A DNA stretch of 64,000 bases from Fistulifera solaris (Eukaryota), in NCBI GenBank assembly GCA_030295235.1, contig AP026164.1:1054001-1118000 (forward strand). Reading direction: 5' to 3'. Both the position numbers and the translations under genes were made by a program. Below are positions 1 to 13,354 of the stretch, in pieces. Below the pieces are notes generated by a model, which made no database searches, was not told the origin of the DNA, and saw only the letters and a program-made list of their open reading frames with translations. Position 1 is the stretch's first letter, and the number at the start of each line of letters is the position of its first letter.

Positions 1-252
1 TGGAAAGGTTGGTTTCGTTCTGATCCGCTGGAGGAGATAGTTGGTTTGGACACTAGCTATCACGGTGGACTGGCTCTTTTGAACTCCTACCAGGACACCG
101 TTCAACCCGAATACATTACAGCCTTTAAGAAACAACGAGAGGAAGGAAATCTGAGACGCCGTAACAATCGCGGGGTAGGTCATGTGGGTACAGCTGGCGA
201 TTCCGAAGTTTATGAAGAGTCGGGGCATGGTGTAACCGAAGATGCCTGCTAA
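1..252 (+). CDS. AMT: Ammonium transporter (AMT1 family), 3' end only
   Basis: Frame 1 from base 1 reads WKGWFRSDPLEEIVGLDTSYHGG, matching the AMT1 C-terminal 'R...EE..GLD.S.HGG' motif; stop at 250-252. Confidence 0.75.
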   Translation, partial: WKGWFRSDPLEEIVGLDTSYHGGLALLNSYQDTVQPEYITAFKKQREEGNLRRRNNRGVGHVGTAGDSEVYEESGHGVTEDAC

Positions 253-743
253 ATTTTCGCATCCGCGTTGATGCCACAAATATTTTTACGTTCAGTCAGT
301 TTTTGTTGAAGAGATAAAATAAATATACTTTAGCACAGGATTTGTAAAGAGATTGATTACGGAGTTAAACTAGGGATAATTACTTAGGGTCAGACACTAA
401 CCTTAAACGACCTTGGCTGTTTTGTTGTCTGTTACTGTAAGGCTTACGTCGAGATTACGTCCGCTGGTGTGTCATGTACAGAATACGTAGTACCAGGTAC
501 CGGAGTACCTGACATCAAGTAGCCGACGTGGCAAAAATGAGAGACTTGAGCAGAAACGAAACAGGAACATTCGAGCGTTCTTTTTGTCGCGCAGAACTCT
601 TTCATTCTTTTCCTTGTCATGCAATTGCCACGAAGGGAAAGAAGACCCTCGTTCAATTAATTCGCAAATCGTTCCGTGGTGCTTGAAATAAGCATATTGC
701 GTGAACTTGAGGATATTGTCATCGTGAAAGCGAAGAAACGGTC

Positions 744-1034
744 ATGGCATTGCAAAGATTGCTCTCATTTATCTTGTGGCTCGGTTTTCTGGTAGTCTCT
801 GGTCGTGCATTTCTTGTACCAGCAAGATCCGCTACCTCTTTGACCCTGCATCTTCATCCTGATCAAGCTGCGGATCTTGAAGCATGTGCCTACGACCTCT
901 TGAAAGAAGCTCAAGCTCGGCAAGCCAAAGAACGCAAAGCAAATGAAGACATGCAGAAAAGTATCGCTGTCAAAGACCGCAAAATTTCGTTTGTTCAGCG
1001 TATCTGGGGAGCTTGTACCAGGTTGAAGCCATAA
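744..1034 (+). CDS. Small hypothetical protein with signal peptide (possible plastid-targeting GRAF motif)
   Basis: ATG start, hydrophobic N-terminus ending SGRA-FL, 96 aa ORF. Confidence 0.55.
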   Translation: MALQRLLSFILWLGFLVVSGRAFLVPARSATSLTLHLHPDQAADLEACAYDLLKEAQARQAKERKANEDMQKSIAVKDRKISFVQRIWGACTRLKP

Positions 1035-1691
1035 TCTGTTATATACTTGTTCTCTCACTGACGTAAGAATACCTTGCAAAACAAGAAACACCACATTTTC
1101 TTCCCGGTACGCAAATCATGTCTGGCTGATCTCAAAAGACCCAACCAGAAGGCCATTGACTCACACAACAAAAACTCAGAGGTCTTCGAACTGCTTAGAA
1201 GTTAATCCATTGTATTAGATATATTACAAGAGCCATGCCCTTTCTCATCCCTAGTTGAAACCATATCGATGGGACTGGGCAACCTTCGTGCCTTTTGAGA
1301 GAATAGCATATCGTTTCGATGAGAGAGACGACATTTACTAGACTTTGCTGCCATGCTGGACGCGCTGTGTAACAACGCTGCGGCCGACACGTCCCGATCC
1401 GCCTCGACCAGAATCAAGAAGATAAACGACTTCCGCAACACAAGGTACCAGCATTTCGATTAGTGCAGAAGTGATTTCCATTCCACGAGAGCGTTGTCCT
1501 CCCTGTCTGTATTCAACTGTTTTTGAAAATTTGGGATCTTCCTGACTTGATGCAGAATAACAAAAGTCCCGATTTCAAGAGACGACTTCCACATGGCTGT
1601 TGATACGAAAAAGAATCGCTGGATTGTCAGTTGCGAGTATTGTGAGTCCTTCCGAGTCACAATACAGCTGTTCCTCCATTTGTACACCGTG

Positions 1692-2555
1692 TCATGAAAG
1701 TGTGCTACCGGTAGCCGGAGATAATTGGAGAAGTCGCAATTGTGCTGTTTCCAAATGTTCGACTTGCCGATGAAATTTTCCTTGGCGTTTGAGAAAAGCT
1801 GTTTGCAGGATTTGAAGGACATCACCGTGTGCTACCAACACAAAGACATGGTTACCGGTGTACCTTTTGTCAAGATCAGCAACGCAACTGGTTGCTTTCT
1901 GTGTCACCGAATCGACAGATTCCACCCCATCTATGGTGTGCGACGAGTCGATCTCGTCATTCTTCCACACGCGAGGGTAATTCGAATCGCTCTGACCGTC
2001 CCAGATTCCGAACCCTCGCTCTCTTAATCTAGTATCGAGAGTAAGCTCAACAACGCAACCTGCATCTTGAAGCGATTTCTGAACAGTTCTTGCAGTTTCC
2101 ACAGCACGAAGAAGATCCGACGAGACCAATGTTACGTTTTGCCCTTTCAAAGCCAACAAAAGCTGCCCTCCAGCCTTTTTAGCCTGCTCAAATCCTTCGG
2201 GACTCAGACCGTACATCGAGCACGCTACTTCTGGACTTGCTGCGATAATCCCCGCTTCATTTGCCAAAGATCTCCCGTGTCGTAACGCATAAAAAGTATT
2301 ACGGAGCGCCGAGCGATCGTGTAATACATTACAGGAAGTCCCATCTTGCGTAAGCGAAAGAAAAGTCTTTCGTCGTAATCGAGAGGAGACTTGGTGTTCG
2401 AAAGGTACAGCCGTCGCTACTTTGCAGGGGCTAAATGCAGACACCTCGCAACGCATGAACAGAATCATTGCAAGGATAATTAGAGACGTCGACACATCTC
2501 GGACTGTCATTCCGTAGTGGAAATGAAATCTACCGTGACCGCTAAGTTCTTTCAA
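1692..2555 (-). CDS. Histidine phosphatase / phosphoglycerate mutase family protein, likely plastid-targeted
   Basis: LRHGRS, SSDLLRAVETA, LRERGFG and LVAHGD motifs; signal peptide ending VSA-F; true start probably a downstream Met. Confidence 0.85.
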   Translation of the reverse strand: MKELSGHGRFHFHYGMTVRDVSTSLIILAMILFMRCEVSAFSPCKVATAVPFEHQVSSRLRRKTFLSLTQDGTSCNVLHDRSALRNTFYALRHGRSLANEAGIIAASPEVACSMYGLSPEGFEQAKKAGGQLLLALKGQNVTLVSSDLLRAVETARTVQKSLQDAGCVVELTLDTRLRERGFGIWDGQSDSNYPRVWKNDEIDSSHTIDGVESVDSVTQKATSCVADLDKRYTGNHVFVLVAHGDVLQILQTAFLKRQGKFHRQVEHLETAQLRLLQLSPATGSTLS

Positions 2556-3164
2556 TTTATTTAACTTTCTTTGTTGGAGATTTCTTGACTCAATAGAGAA
2601 TGAATCAAAGTCATTTTATTTATAGGCTCGTTCCTCGTCGTCGCCTAAAAATGAATATCTTCGCGCAGCGAAACGATCCTTGTAAAACGACGACGAACGA
2701 CGAACCCGGCAGCGTGCGGCAGAATGAATAAACAAAGTTTTGTCACTATTTGACGGGACTGAATTATTGTTGAGTCGTCGATCTTATCCATTTTTCAGAC
2801 TGTGCGCACCAATAGCTTCTTCACCTCTGTATAAATTATTTCAACAGATATTGGCCTGCCTGTGAGTCTTTATTTTCGAGTAATATGCAGTTAATCTGGG
2901 GGCACGGTAAATGGGATTTAGGACCAGATGTCGTTACCCAGAATGTGGACAATGTGGGGCGCGGAAAGCTATCTATGCACAAGAAACAGCCAATGGTAGT
3001 CTCTATCAGCTGACAGTGACAGAAAGTGGCTAAACCAGGACGCGCATCAGTCTACAAAAGAAGGACACAAACTGTCCCATTAAAGCAAGAAACACATCAG
3101 CAAATGAAGCATTCAGAAACGCCTTTTGAGCCCAATTACAATCAAAGTCTTGAACAATACTTTT

Positions 3165-3857
3165 TTAGAAATTTTGAATGAGTAATGATGTCTCTCTGTA
3201 TATGTCTTCCACCGACCGATCAGAGGCAATCTTTCGAACTTTCCCTTCCTTCTCGTAAAGCGCCACAATTGGGCCTTCTTCATCGCGATAAGTCTGGAAG
3301 CGTTTGCGAATGACTTCAACAGTATCATCATTTCGACCGGAAGTTTTGCCTCTCTCCAGCAGTCTACCGACCAAGACTTCTTCTGGGCACTCGAAACACA
3401 AAACCAATTCGACTTGGTGTCGTGACATGGTATTCTTCCACGCATCAGCATTCCCTATAGAACGGGGAAAGCCATCAATCAAGAACTTATCAATTCCATG
3501 CTGTTTGTAAGCGTCTTCCATTGCATTTTCGATTAGCTTGCAGGTAACTTCTGAGGGTACTAATTGTCCGTTCGCAATTTTATCATTGATTAGATCGCCC
3601 AGGTCTCCTCCTTTCTTTCGCTCAGCACGCAACAAATCGCCTGCTGATAAGTGCGCCCAGCCTGGGAGTCGTTCCGACAACAGTTGACACTGTGTGCCTT
3701 TGCCAGCCCCGGGGCCTCCGAGTACAAAAACAACTTGGCAACTGGGTAGAGCAGATAACAATGTCTTCTCTTGCTCTTTACGACGAAGTTTTAGCGTCAT
3801 CAAATACGCTGAGCCCACAAATACACCCAGCGAGAACGGGCAGAAAGTCAAGCGCAT
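3165..3857 (-). CDS. CMPK: UMP-CMP kinase (adenylate kinase family)
   Basis: VVFVLGGPGAGKGTQC P-loop, HLSAGDLLRAE, FLIDGFPR, RGKTSGRNDD. Confidence 0.92.
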   Translation of the reverse strand: MRLTFCPFSLGVFVGSAYLMTLKLRRKEQEKTLLSALPSCQVVFVLGGPGAGKGTQCQLLSERLPGWAHLSAGDLLRAERKKGGDLGDLINDKIANGQLVPSEVTCKLIENAMEDAYKQHGIDKFLIDGFPRSIGNADAWKNTMSRHQVELVLCFECPEEVLVGRLLERGKTSGRNDDTVEVIRKRFQTYRDEEGPIVALYEKEGKVRKIASDRSVEDIYRETSLLIQNF

Positions 3858-4374
3858 TGTTTTAAAATAGAGAATAAATGATGTCTTTTAATCGCAACGT
3901 AAATAATCAATGCTTTGATTATTATAGCCGAATCGTTTTGTTCGGGAGCGCGTTGCAACTAACTTGTTGCGAACGACGTGATGTCGATTGTCGATAGGGT
4001 TGAGGGGTACTTTGTATGTACCAGGTACGGCGGTATGAGGAACGAGGACACGAAAGTAGTTGGACAACGCCCGCGCGCATGGTCTAAGTACCACTGAAAT
4101 ACACGCCGGGGGGTTACGATTACATAGAGAAGCCGTATTGCTTAATTAAGCTAAAAATGTCTTATGATTCACGCGCGAGGTCATGCTCACCTTTCGCTCT
4201 TATTCGATCACATCGTCAAAGAATGCAACCAACCTATTTGACAAGACTTTAATTGACGAATACAAATAAAATCATTACTATTCATACGAAACCAATATTA
4301 AAACGTAAGTGAAAACTCAGGAAGGTATGCAAATAAAAATGACTTGTTGCTTACGTTCTCTCTTTTCTACAAGA

Positions 4375-5867
4375 ATGACTCGATCGGTGGTCGATTACGA
4401 GAACTTACTCGAAAACTCGTTTACAGATGCCAATAAGTCCATAAAGACCAGTATTCGTCCACGATGGGAGCGAAAGAAAATGCAACAGCAGGAAGAGCGG
4501 CGCACTTTGGGAACTGTCATCGGCGGTGATCGCTTCATTCCGAATCGGGCGGGGATGAATATGGATCTTTGCAAGCATCTGATGCGAACGTCATCAAGCG
4601 ATTCGAACGAGGACCTCCAAAAAGTGGTACCAGATGATGTCAAAGCCGTTTCTGATGATAAGAAGAGCATGTACGCATCCAATTTGAGCTCGGCTTTACT
4701 GGGAGTGGAAGATGTTAAAGGAAGTCGGATTATGAGCTATCAAGAAAAGGCACCCGCCCCGAAAGGAGACACGGTGAATAATCTCAACATTCTCTACTCC
4801 GCCTCTGCTGCAGCTGCTCGGCAGCCCAAAGCAAATGCCAAATTGGTGACTCGCCAGATCCCCACAGCACCCAGTCGAATTTTGGACGCACCTGACTTGA
4901 TGAACGACTACTATCTCAATCTTATCTCTTGGAGCGACACAAACATTCTTGCCGTGGCTTTGGGACAGACCGTCTTTCTCTGGGATGCCGGTAGTGGTGA
5001 CATTCAAGAGCTTTGTTCTTTCGAAAATGGCCCGAATGCTCATATTTCATCCGTGTCATGGGTTCAACAGGGAGGTGCACACTTGGCAGTCGGAACATCT
5101 TCGGGAACAACTCAATTGTGGGATGTACACGCCGGAAAGCAGCTTCGCTCTATGGATGGACACACCGATCGTGTTGGTTCGCTTGCTTGGAATCGCCATA
5201 TCCTGTCGACTGGTAGTCGCGATACAACCATCGTGCAACATGATGTCCGCGTGGCGCGCCACAATACCGCTGTTCTAAATACCCACACGCAAGAAATTTG
5301 TGGCCTTGCTTGGAGTCCTGATGGCGAGATGCTGGCCAGCGGTGGAAACGATAATCTGTTGTGTTTGTGGGACAGCGCAGCCTCTGCCCGTTCTGGACCC
5401 CGCTTCCGATTCACCGATCACCAGGCAGCAGTCAAAGCACTAGCCTGGTCTCCTCATGAGCGCCATTTGCTTGCTTCCGGAGGAGGGACAGCTGATCGTA
5501 CTATCAAGTTTTGGAATTCGCATACTGGAGCGCTTCTCAATTCGATTGATACTGATTCTCAAGTTTGTTCGTTGCAATGGAATCCGCATGAAAAGAGATT
5601 CTCTCTTCGCATGGTTATGCTCGCAATCAATTGACGCTCTGGAAGTATCCTTCGATGTCCAAAATTAAGGAATTCGAAGGACACACGTCTCGGGTCTTGT
5701 TCACTGCAGTTAGTCCCGACGGTGGGACGGTGATGTCGGCGGCAGCGGATGAAACGCTCCGATTCTGGGATATCTTTGCTCCTGCGCACGCTAAGAAGAC
5801 AACTCACAAAGAAATCTACAGCGTCGGGAGCAGCAGCAAGACAAGCTGGACTACTCATATCCGTTAG
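4375..5867 (+). CDS. CDC20: APC/C activator CDC20 (Fizzy), with one apparent homopolymer frameshift near 5592
   Basis: C-box [25 protein letters not shown]40 repeats, C-terminal IR tail (THIR). ORFs 4309-5634 and 5631-5867 join if one A is restored in gaaaagag. Start uncertain. Confidence 0.93.
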
Positions 5868-6728
5868 ATTCGAACTTGAAAGACGAATGAATACTCATTA
5901 TCAATACAGATCTAAATTTAGTAGAGAACTTATTTCGAAGACAAAATGTCTTGTTTAAACGCTAAGGTCTTGTTTATTTCTTATCCATCAGAGCTAATAT
6001 TATTCAATCTAGTGACTCTTTCGTCTCTCTAACTTGCGTCGTTTTCTAAGTTTGTGTTTGTTCATTTTGGAGCGACGTCTCTTTAGTGTGCTAACCATGT
6101 TCCATATAGCAACCTGTATTGATTCTACCCAAAAGAGACGGCATCAAGAAGAACAGGGCGCGGAACCGCCAGTGTTGAGAAAGACGGGGGTGAATTGATG
6201 ATTACAGATGATACAATGAGAGGGGGTGAAAATATAGCTTTCTTTTGGCCAACACGAGCCACACTCAGCAGGGTCCTTCTTGCCGATAGCATCTTCTACG
6301 TCAAATCGGGTATTGGGGCGCTTTAGCAGACGACAGAAGATATGTGAAATGCGTTCAACCACAAAAGTTAGCAATAACGCTGAGCTGCCGATGCGTACTA
6401 CTACAGGTGCGAGGTGCGAGCAGCGAGCAGCGAGGAGCGAGGACATAACGCAAGACCAAAAAAATCGTCCACTCCTTACCGGTACTCAAATCGTCGATGC
6501 ACTATCAGTTATATTCATTTTAATGTAGATATTGGCGGCGACTTCGAGGATTTTGCTTAGATTCTTTAGTGTTACTTAGCTTAAGTAACTATGTTACTTA
6601 GACACTTACTTGCTAAATAATCAGTCGCTCTGCGCATCGCGTTCGCTTTGCATTGCATGGGGCGAGATTCTTTGGCGACCGCCATTTCCTACCAATTTTC
6701 GTCGCTTGTGTAGAACCGACATTTTACC

Positions 6729-8473
6729 ATGAGATTCTTTACACGCAGGAGGGACTTGGTGTCTTCAGGTGAGCCACATAGGAGCACAATCGATCGCTAT
6801 GGGGACAATGAGGACGAACAGTCGCAAGCTAACGTGAGCACAATCAATAAACAAGGAAAACAGGACGGTAGGGTGAGCAAAAAGCGAGACAAGGATAAGA
6901 AAAAGAAGAAAAAGAACAAGTCAAAAGAGATAAAGAGAAAAGAAAGTCTGCGTCTTCCTCGTCAAAATTGGTAGATCGCGTTCCAACAGTCGCGTCGTCT
7001 TGCGAGTCACTTAAAACACAAGACATCGACGGAGAGAAATTTCAAGATGATGCCCATGACTTAATCGCTAGCGACGATGACGGAGATGATCGCTACAGCG
7101 TTGCTGGTCACTTGAGTAGAGGCGGGAGGAGCAGTGCCGGAGTGAGCGTTTTAAGCGATGATTCTGATGAATATGGAGCTCGCTGGCGTAGCTGGGACGA
7201 TGACGAAGATGTCGAGTTTCGCGATAATTCACCAGCAACTGATGATGAAATGGCAACCACAGATGATGAACGGAAGAAGGTTAACAGGAAAAGAAGAAAA
7301 AAGAAGCATCGAAGCAAAAGTAAGGATATTTCTAGTAAAAAGAAGAAAAAGGGCAAGAGCAACAAACCAAAGCAAAGTGAAGAGGGCGTACGTGATCAAC
7401 CCGAAGTTCATGATAGCAACCCAGCAATCAAAGATAGCAAAAGCTCATGTCTACAGCCTGTGACTCGCTGATTCAGGTACTTGGCGCAACAGTATCAGAT
7501 GGTCAGGATCATGCACTTATTGAAGAAGTCGAGATTGAGCACATATTCACTACTCCAGTTGAGAAAGAAGGGACAGAGAGCACCGTCAAGAATCCTGTTG
7601 AAAGTGATGAGGAAGAGGTCGTCGATATGATTGATAAGAAAGAAGGTATATCGTACAACAAGTTAACTATTCCAGACAACACATTTGACATTGATAATGA
7701 TGATGGTGTTGTCCATGCCTTCACAACAAATAAGAAAGAGTTGCTTGAGCTTGACGAATATTCGGTTCACGATTTGGAGAATCACTCTGCCCTTGGTCAG
7801 TGTCTTCGCTTCTATTCATGTAACGGAATTGCAAGGTTGCTTGAGTTTCAACCAAAGCTTCTTCCCCCCGTTGTCAAAAAAAGACACAATGGAGTTGCCA
7901 ACCGTGTCCGCAAATCAAAACTTCGAGTTGCTTTTGGGAGTCAAGTCACCAGTTGCGTCGGATCCACTAGAAAATATAATTGTTAGGGGGGATTCGGAAG
8001 ATTCTTTTGATGTGTTGCACGAAGCACCTAGTTTGGATGCGATCAAAAAGAATCCAAGTGTTGTAGTAGATCTGACTGGGAAGAACCTTTGCTTAGATGA
8101 TGAATCCTCAGAAGATCAACCTTCGAGAAAGAGTAGACAAGGACATCGACATCGTAAACGGACCCCAAGAACCACTCACAAGGTCACAGTAACGTCGATA
8201 GAAATTCCTGAATCGAAGCTTAAGAAGGGTAAACAGTCTGCCAAGGCTTCTTCAATTACCGAAAGTGATAAATCTGATAAAACTTTGCAGGTGAGAAACA
8301 AAAAAGCGCCCAAGCGAGGACTCTGGCTAAAGCGTCGTCATCTAGACTCAGACGATAAGTCTGTTTCGTCAGTTCGCTCCGCAGCTTCATCTAGAGCTTC
8401 GACGTCGACCGATAAGAAGCGTTCAGTACAGTCATTCTTTCTTAGAATGCAAGGAAAACGTGCGCAATGTTAG
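6729..8473 (+). CDS. Hypothetical low-complexity K/D/S-rich protein split over four overlapping ORFs
   Basis: Successive overlapping + ORFs 6729-6974, 6968-7471, 7447-7986 and 7685-8473 with similar composition; probably one gene with indel errors. Confidence 0.55.
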
Positions 8474-8661
8474 TGTGAGTAAGTGTCGCGCATGGTGCGT
8501 ACTTTGATAGGTCCACGTAATCAAATAATAGTCCCACCACACAAAAGGGCTTTTTAACTTTAAGTATTCTTATTAGCGAACTCACATATGGCTGTAAAGG
8601 TGTAATTAAAATAGCCTAACTAAGTGCCCCTGACAGCCGAAGACGACCTAGTTGCGTCTGC

Positions 8662-11240
8662 TTACTGCCCGAGCGTTGATGATTCCGACAGATCAGCAAC
8701 ATTATCTGCTTTGCCTCTCTTCTTAGCCCTCTCTTCTCGAGAGGGGGCGACGTCCACTAAATCTCCGATGGGCTTATATCGTTTTCGCGAAAAGTTTACC
8801 AAGTCGCGAAACTCTTTCCCATCAGCAGCTACAGCATAAGTGCAGTAAACAACTGGGCGAATCGAACTGCTTGTATTTGCAAGACCTCGATGTCCTAGTC
8901 GATAGTCGAACACGATTGGAGTGCCCGCTGTGACGCTCGGTGTAAATAAGAATTCATTGTCGAGATCTTCGTTACCAAGAATGTGGCTTCCAAGACAAAA
9001 CTCAGTTCCTTGGTTGGTCAGATCCACAAGAGGAACGAAGACATTGATTGCATGGCACGGTTTTTGATATTGGCTGGTCAAGTGCACCCCATCTTGGTGG
9101 TAGTTCTGTTTCTCGGCCCCCGGCATGGCGAGAAATATTCCCTTGTGAATTAAGCAAACTTCTTTTCCCAGTATTTCTTTCACGACTGGCATCCATGGTG
9201 CCTTCTTCAAATCAGTAAGGAAGCCGAACTCAGGATTGTCGAACTGAGGTAGCTCCATGTCAAATCTGCCCCGACCCCGTTCTCGGAAAAGATCAAATCC
9301 ACCTTGTAGCTCTCTAGCCAAGTCTCTTACTCTAACAGTCCGCATAATTTGTTCATAGTGATTAACACATGCGTCATGGCACAATTTGATCTGGTCGTCG
9401 TTTAGACAGAACTTCTTTGAATGCCCATCGCATAAGAGCTCCTTTCTTTCTTCGCGACTTGTGCAGGGGCTATCCCGAGACGATTTATGCAAGCACAAAG
9501 GGGTGACTATCCTTTTCACAGAGTCTTCCGCAATGTTAGAATCTGAGTCATCTAGTCTTTCGAATGGCCTAGAAAGAGAGGACATATGGGGTTGTGCATT
9601 GACCAAGGTTGCCGCCCCATCATGTCCGTTTATTAAGACTCAGAAAATTCCTTTGCTTGGGTATCCCATTCTTTTCTTTCTTCTTCTGGCAATTTCTTCC
9701 AAATTGTACGAAGCTCGTTTTCGGCGTCTCGAAGAGTAAACGAAATCTTAGCCCTCGATAAATCGTTGCTGCGTTTGAATTTTGGTTCAGGAGGTTTCAC
9801 CACTGTCACCGATCCTGTGACTGCGGTACCATTGTCCTCAGAATCAGAAACATTAATCACTTTATTCACACCAGAGCTCCTGTCATACGTGGCTGAGCGA
9901 TCCTCTGCGATAGTGCTTGTTGTATGCGCGGTCACAGCCTCATCGCCTGCAATGATGACATCGCTTGGCCTTTTGCAATCAGGAGACAAAATACTGTCAA
10001 ATGTATCTACATTCTTCCCATCATCACTAGGATCTTCTTTCGACATTGTACCATCACAACTGCGACTCGATTGACTGAGAACGTTCGGGTGATAAACTCC
10101 TACTTGCACGTCAACGATATCACCAGTCGCTCCGGATACCTTTGCTTTTTTCAACTCGTTCAACCGCCCTTCACGGTGTTCTTTTCTTTTACACTGTAGA
10201 AAATAGGTCAATCCAGTGACTCCTCGATTATTCGAAGACGGAAGAGGTGCAGATTCGTTGGCATCTTGGAACGATCGATTCCTTTGCCAATTCTCTTCCT
10301 GTCCAACAACCCAAAGTCCATCCCTTTCGAAACGAAGTCTACCCGCATCCATCACGATTTTGCGGGAAAGAGAATTGACTTTGAGGGGCTTTCCGTTACC
10401 TCCCACACCCAGCAAGGCTTTGTCAATGGTTATTTCCTGCTTACATAGCTCAACTGCACGGTCCCATGCCGCTTTCCGACTAGCGAAAGTTTCTCGTAGA
10501 GGAGATATCCACTTGGTCGATATGCGGGGGAGAGGTACACGCCATCGCTCCTGCAACGCTAATTCCGAAATAACAGATGGTTCTCGCTCTTGAAGCATCT
10601 GAATTATCTTATCCTCGCCAGAGAGTGACTCCTCTTCGGAGCAAGACTCATCGCCGGCTTCTTCTTTGCTGGTTGCTTTACGACTAGATGAAGACGGACT
10701 CGAAAATCCTGGAAAGCGAGGAGGGTCTGGTATCTTTTCTATGATATGCGGCCAAGCTGCCAACTCGAGGACTCCCTTATAAAATCGAAAGTATGGGTAT
10801 TTCTGCGCAGCCTTAGTTTCGGTCGGCAACGGATCCTGGACTCGTACTTGGACTTTCCACGGTCGACCACCGTAAGTGGGAAGGAGTTGTTCTTCCCATC
10901 GCTCTAATGCTTTCGCGGCCCGATCGTAGGCTTCTTCGCGGGCGTTTGGCGCTATTACAGAATACGATGTGGTAAGTTTCCCATCAAGCAAGTAATTTGT
11001 AAAGCACCACTAAAACTTACCATTGACCTTCAAAAGATACTTTCGGGCTGCATTAAATGGCGATTTTGCTTTCTTTTCGGCTTGCCGAATATCTTGGATG
11101 TTGGCTGCTGTAATCCATACTTTTTCCCCGGTTTTGGGGCATTCGAGATAAAGAGGTTCTGTTTTGCGATACAATAACTTGCGCTCGGGCTTTTTCGGTT
11201 GCTTTGTTTTGGGTTTCACGCTGACCTTTGGTTCAGGTTT
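8662..11240 (-). CDS. Multi-exon protein with a C-terminal PhyH-like 2OG-Fe(II) dioxygenase domain and a possible HMG-box-like helix
   Basis: YHQDG...INVFVPLVD...GTEF...FDYRLGHRG in 8662-9606. ORF 9633-10991 joins it by one missing T near 9634. GT-AG intron near 10952-11020. The 5' end extends further upstream and is unresolved. Confidence 0.7.
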
Positions 11241-12038
11241 CTATGTAAAGAGCAACGAAGAAGGTGAGCCGAATAATAGTCTTTACTAGATAGCTCAAAA
11301 CGATTAACCAACCTTTGTTTGAAGTCGCTTGGATGACCTGGCAGGTGTAGGTGACTTTTGTGGTCTTTGTCGCAACGAAACCATGCTGTCCAGTCAAATG
11401 ATGAGCTGCAGGGAAGACGGCGATGGACTGCAGTTGATACCAGGTAGCGAGGCGAACAAGTGAAGTGCCGAGAAGGTAGAGAAGCACGTGGAGCTGTTAA
11501 TCGCTAAATTTGAATGATCTGTTGGTTGCGCGGAGCTCTCGAAAAGTCGATTGATGGTGATTGTATTTTTATCACAGCAGCATCATCATCATCAATATGC
11601 TCAACGCATCGCGTGTGCCAATTTGGGTCGACACCACACGAAGATTTTTTGAGGCAATAGAAAGCGGTTCTCATTTCTGTACAAATCTGCCCCGTCTCCC
11701 ATAGACGGACTATGTACAAAGTTTTTCTCTAAAAAGGTTCAACGTAAAACGGGCTCTCGCTAAAGCGCGAGAAAATTTCAGCTCGGAAGTCCTTACGCTA
11801 GTCTACCTGGTATAGATTTGGGACACTAACTTTTTTGCGTCATAATATTACACCTTTTCATTTAGAGTCCATTGTCCATTAAACGAATGATGTGAACGAA
11901 TCTCATGTTGATACCGAACAGAAGACCGATGTCAAGTTACTTGTCATTTCATTCGGTTGCCTAAAAGCACTTGCTCTTTCATGAAGATGACAGCAGCTCA
12001 TAATCTAACTCGCTAGGTAGGTGTGGTGTAAATCGCAA

Positions 12039-13179
12039 TTACTTTTCTTTCCTATGTACAATTCCGCCACCGATGGTATACTTTCCGTATTCCTTCCGAG
12101 GGTCGTAAACTTCCCAGCGGCCTGTGTTCCGGATAGACTTATATGAAAAAGGTATGTTGATTCGCAATCGCACCTCCAAGTCGACTTTACTTACTAGCTG
12201 GAAAGATATGTTTATTGCGTTCATACCAACGCCGCTCGGCAACTTTACCCGGGTGACTCTCATCTTTTTCAACTCTTGAATCAATTGCACCGATTCGAAC
12301 ATCATCGTGAACGTCAAAATGGAATAGCGGCCCCGACTTGCCCCGTGCTTTGGTTGCGATCAGATCGTAGAAGGTCATATCCTGAGGAATAATCAAATCT
12401 TCTTTGACGTAGATCAACGCGTCCGCCGAGATGTTGGCCAGCTCCTTAAACTCTTTGGCAAGATCTAGTCGTACTTGCTCTAAAAAGTCCCCAATCGTAT
12501 CGCCCTTTTTACACACGACGTTTCGACGATGGCCGGATCCGTCCCAATAACTATAAATAATTTCCAATTGTTGTTGCTTCATAGCCTCTTGCTTTTCTTT
12601 CCACTCTTGCTCCAAACGTTTCTTTTCCTTCTCAGCTTCTTCTTCGCGGTGCTTGTCAGGTAAGAAAGATGTGTCGACGGACGGATCTTTCTTGACGAGC
12701 CTTGTCGGCGGCTCGGCATTGTCGTCACAGTTCTTATCATCATCATCATCATCATCATCATCGTCATCAAACTCCTGTCCGAACGACAGCGTAGATAACA
12801 TCTTTTTCTTTAAGTTCTTCTTTTTCTTTTGCTCTTTCTTCGTTTTCTTCTCGCGTAATTTCCGCTCCTCCTCCGTTTCCGTGACTAACTCCTTCTCGAC
12901 GGGTTGATTGCGTTTCTCTTCGATGGCCTTGAATTCTTCCGCCGAAAGCAAACCAATCGTTTCTACCGCCGTATCTTTTGTCGTCCCTCCCGCAAACTTG
13001 GCATCCAAAAGAGCGGGGCCTCTCTGAGAATTACTAATTTGTTGTTTCCGGGCCAGAAAAGCTTCTTGATCGAGCTGCCGCTTGCGTTCGAATTGGGCGG
13101 CCCGACTTCCGGCGATATTACCTTCGACGGTACGGATCCCTGCATCTGGGCGTTTGAAATTGGCTTGGAAGTCTCCCAT
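12039..13179 (-). CDS. XAP5: XAP5 / FAM50 family nuclear protein, the only complete copy (intron 12122-12194)
   Basis: [51 protein letters not shown]. Splicing the GTAAGT...CACAG intron restores HIFPASRWEVYDP. Confidence 0.95.
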
Positions 13180-13354
13180 GTGCCTTTGTTGATGTTGAAG
13201 ATAGGCAAAATTTGGGAGTCAAGAAAATAGTTTGACACGATTTGTTCCCTTGTCGCCAGTGCAAGAATAAAAAGACAACCACTCCATGCTGGTGGACCTG
13301 GCAGACGCCGAAAGCCGTCTTTCTCAATAAATTTTCGCGTTTCGTCGTTCGCAC

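Noticed and set aside
12736..12769. (TCA)n microsatellite
   Set aside because: It simply encodes the XAP5 poly-Asp tract
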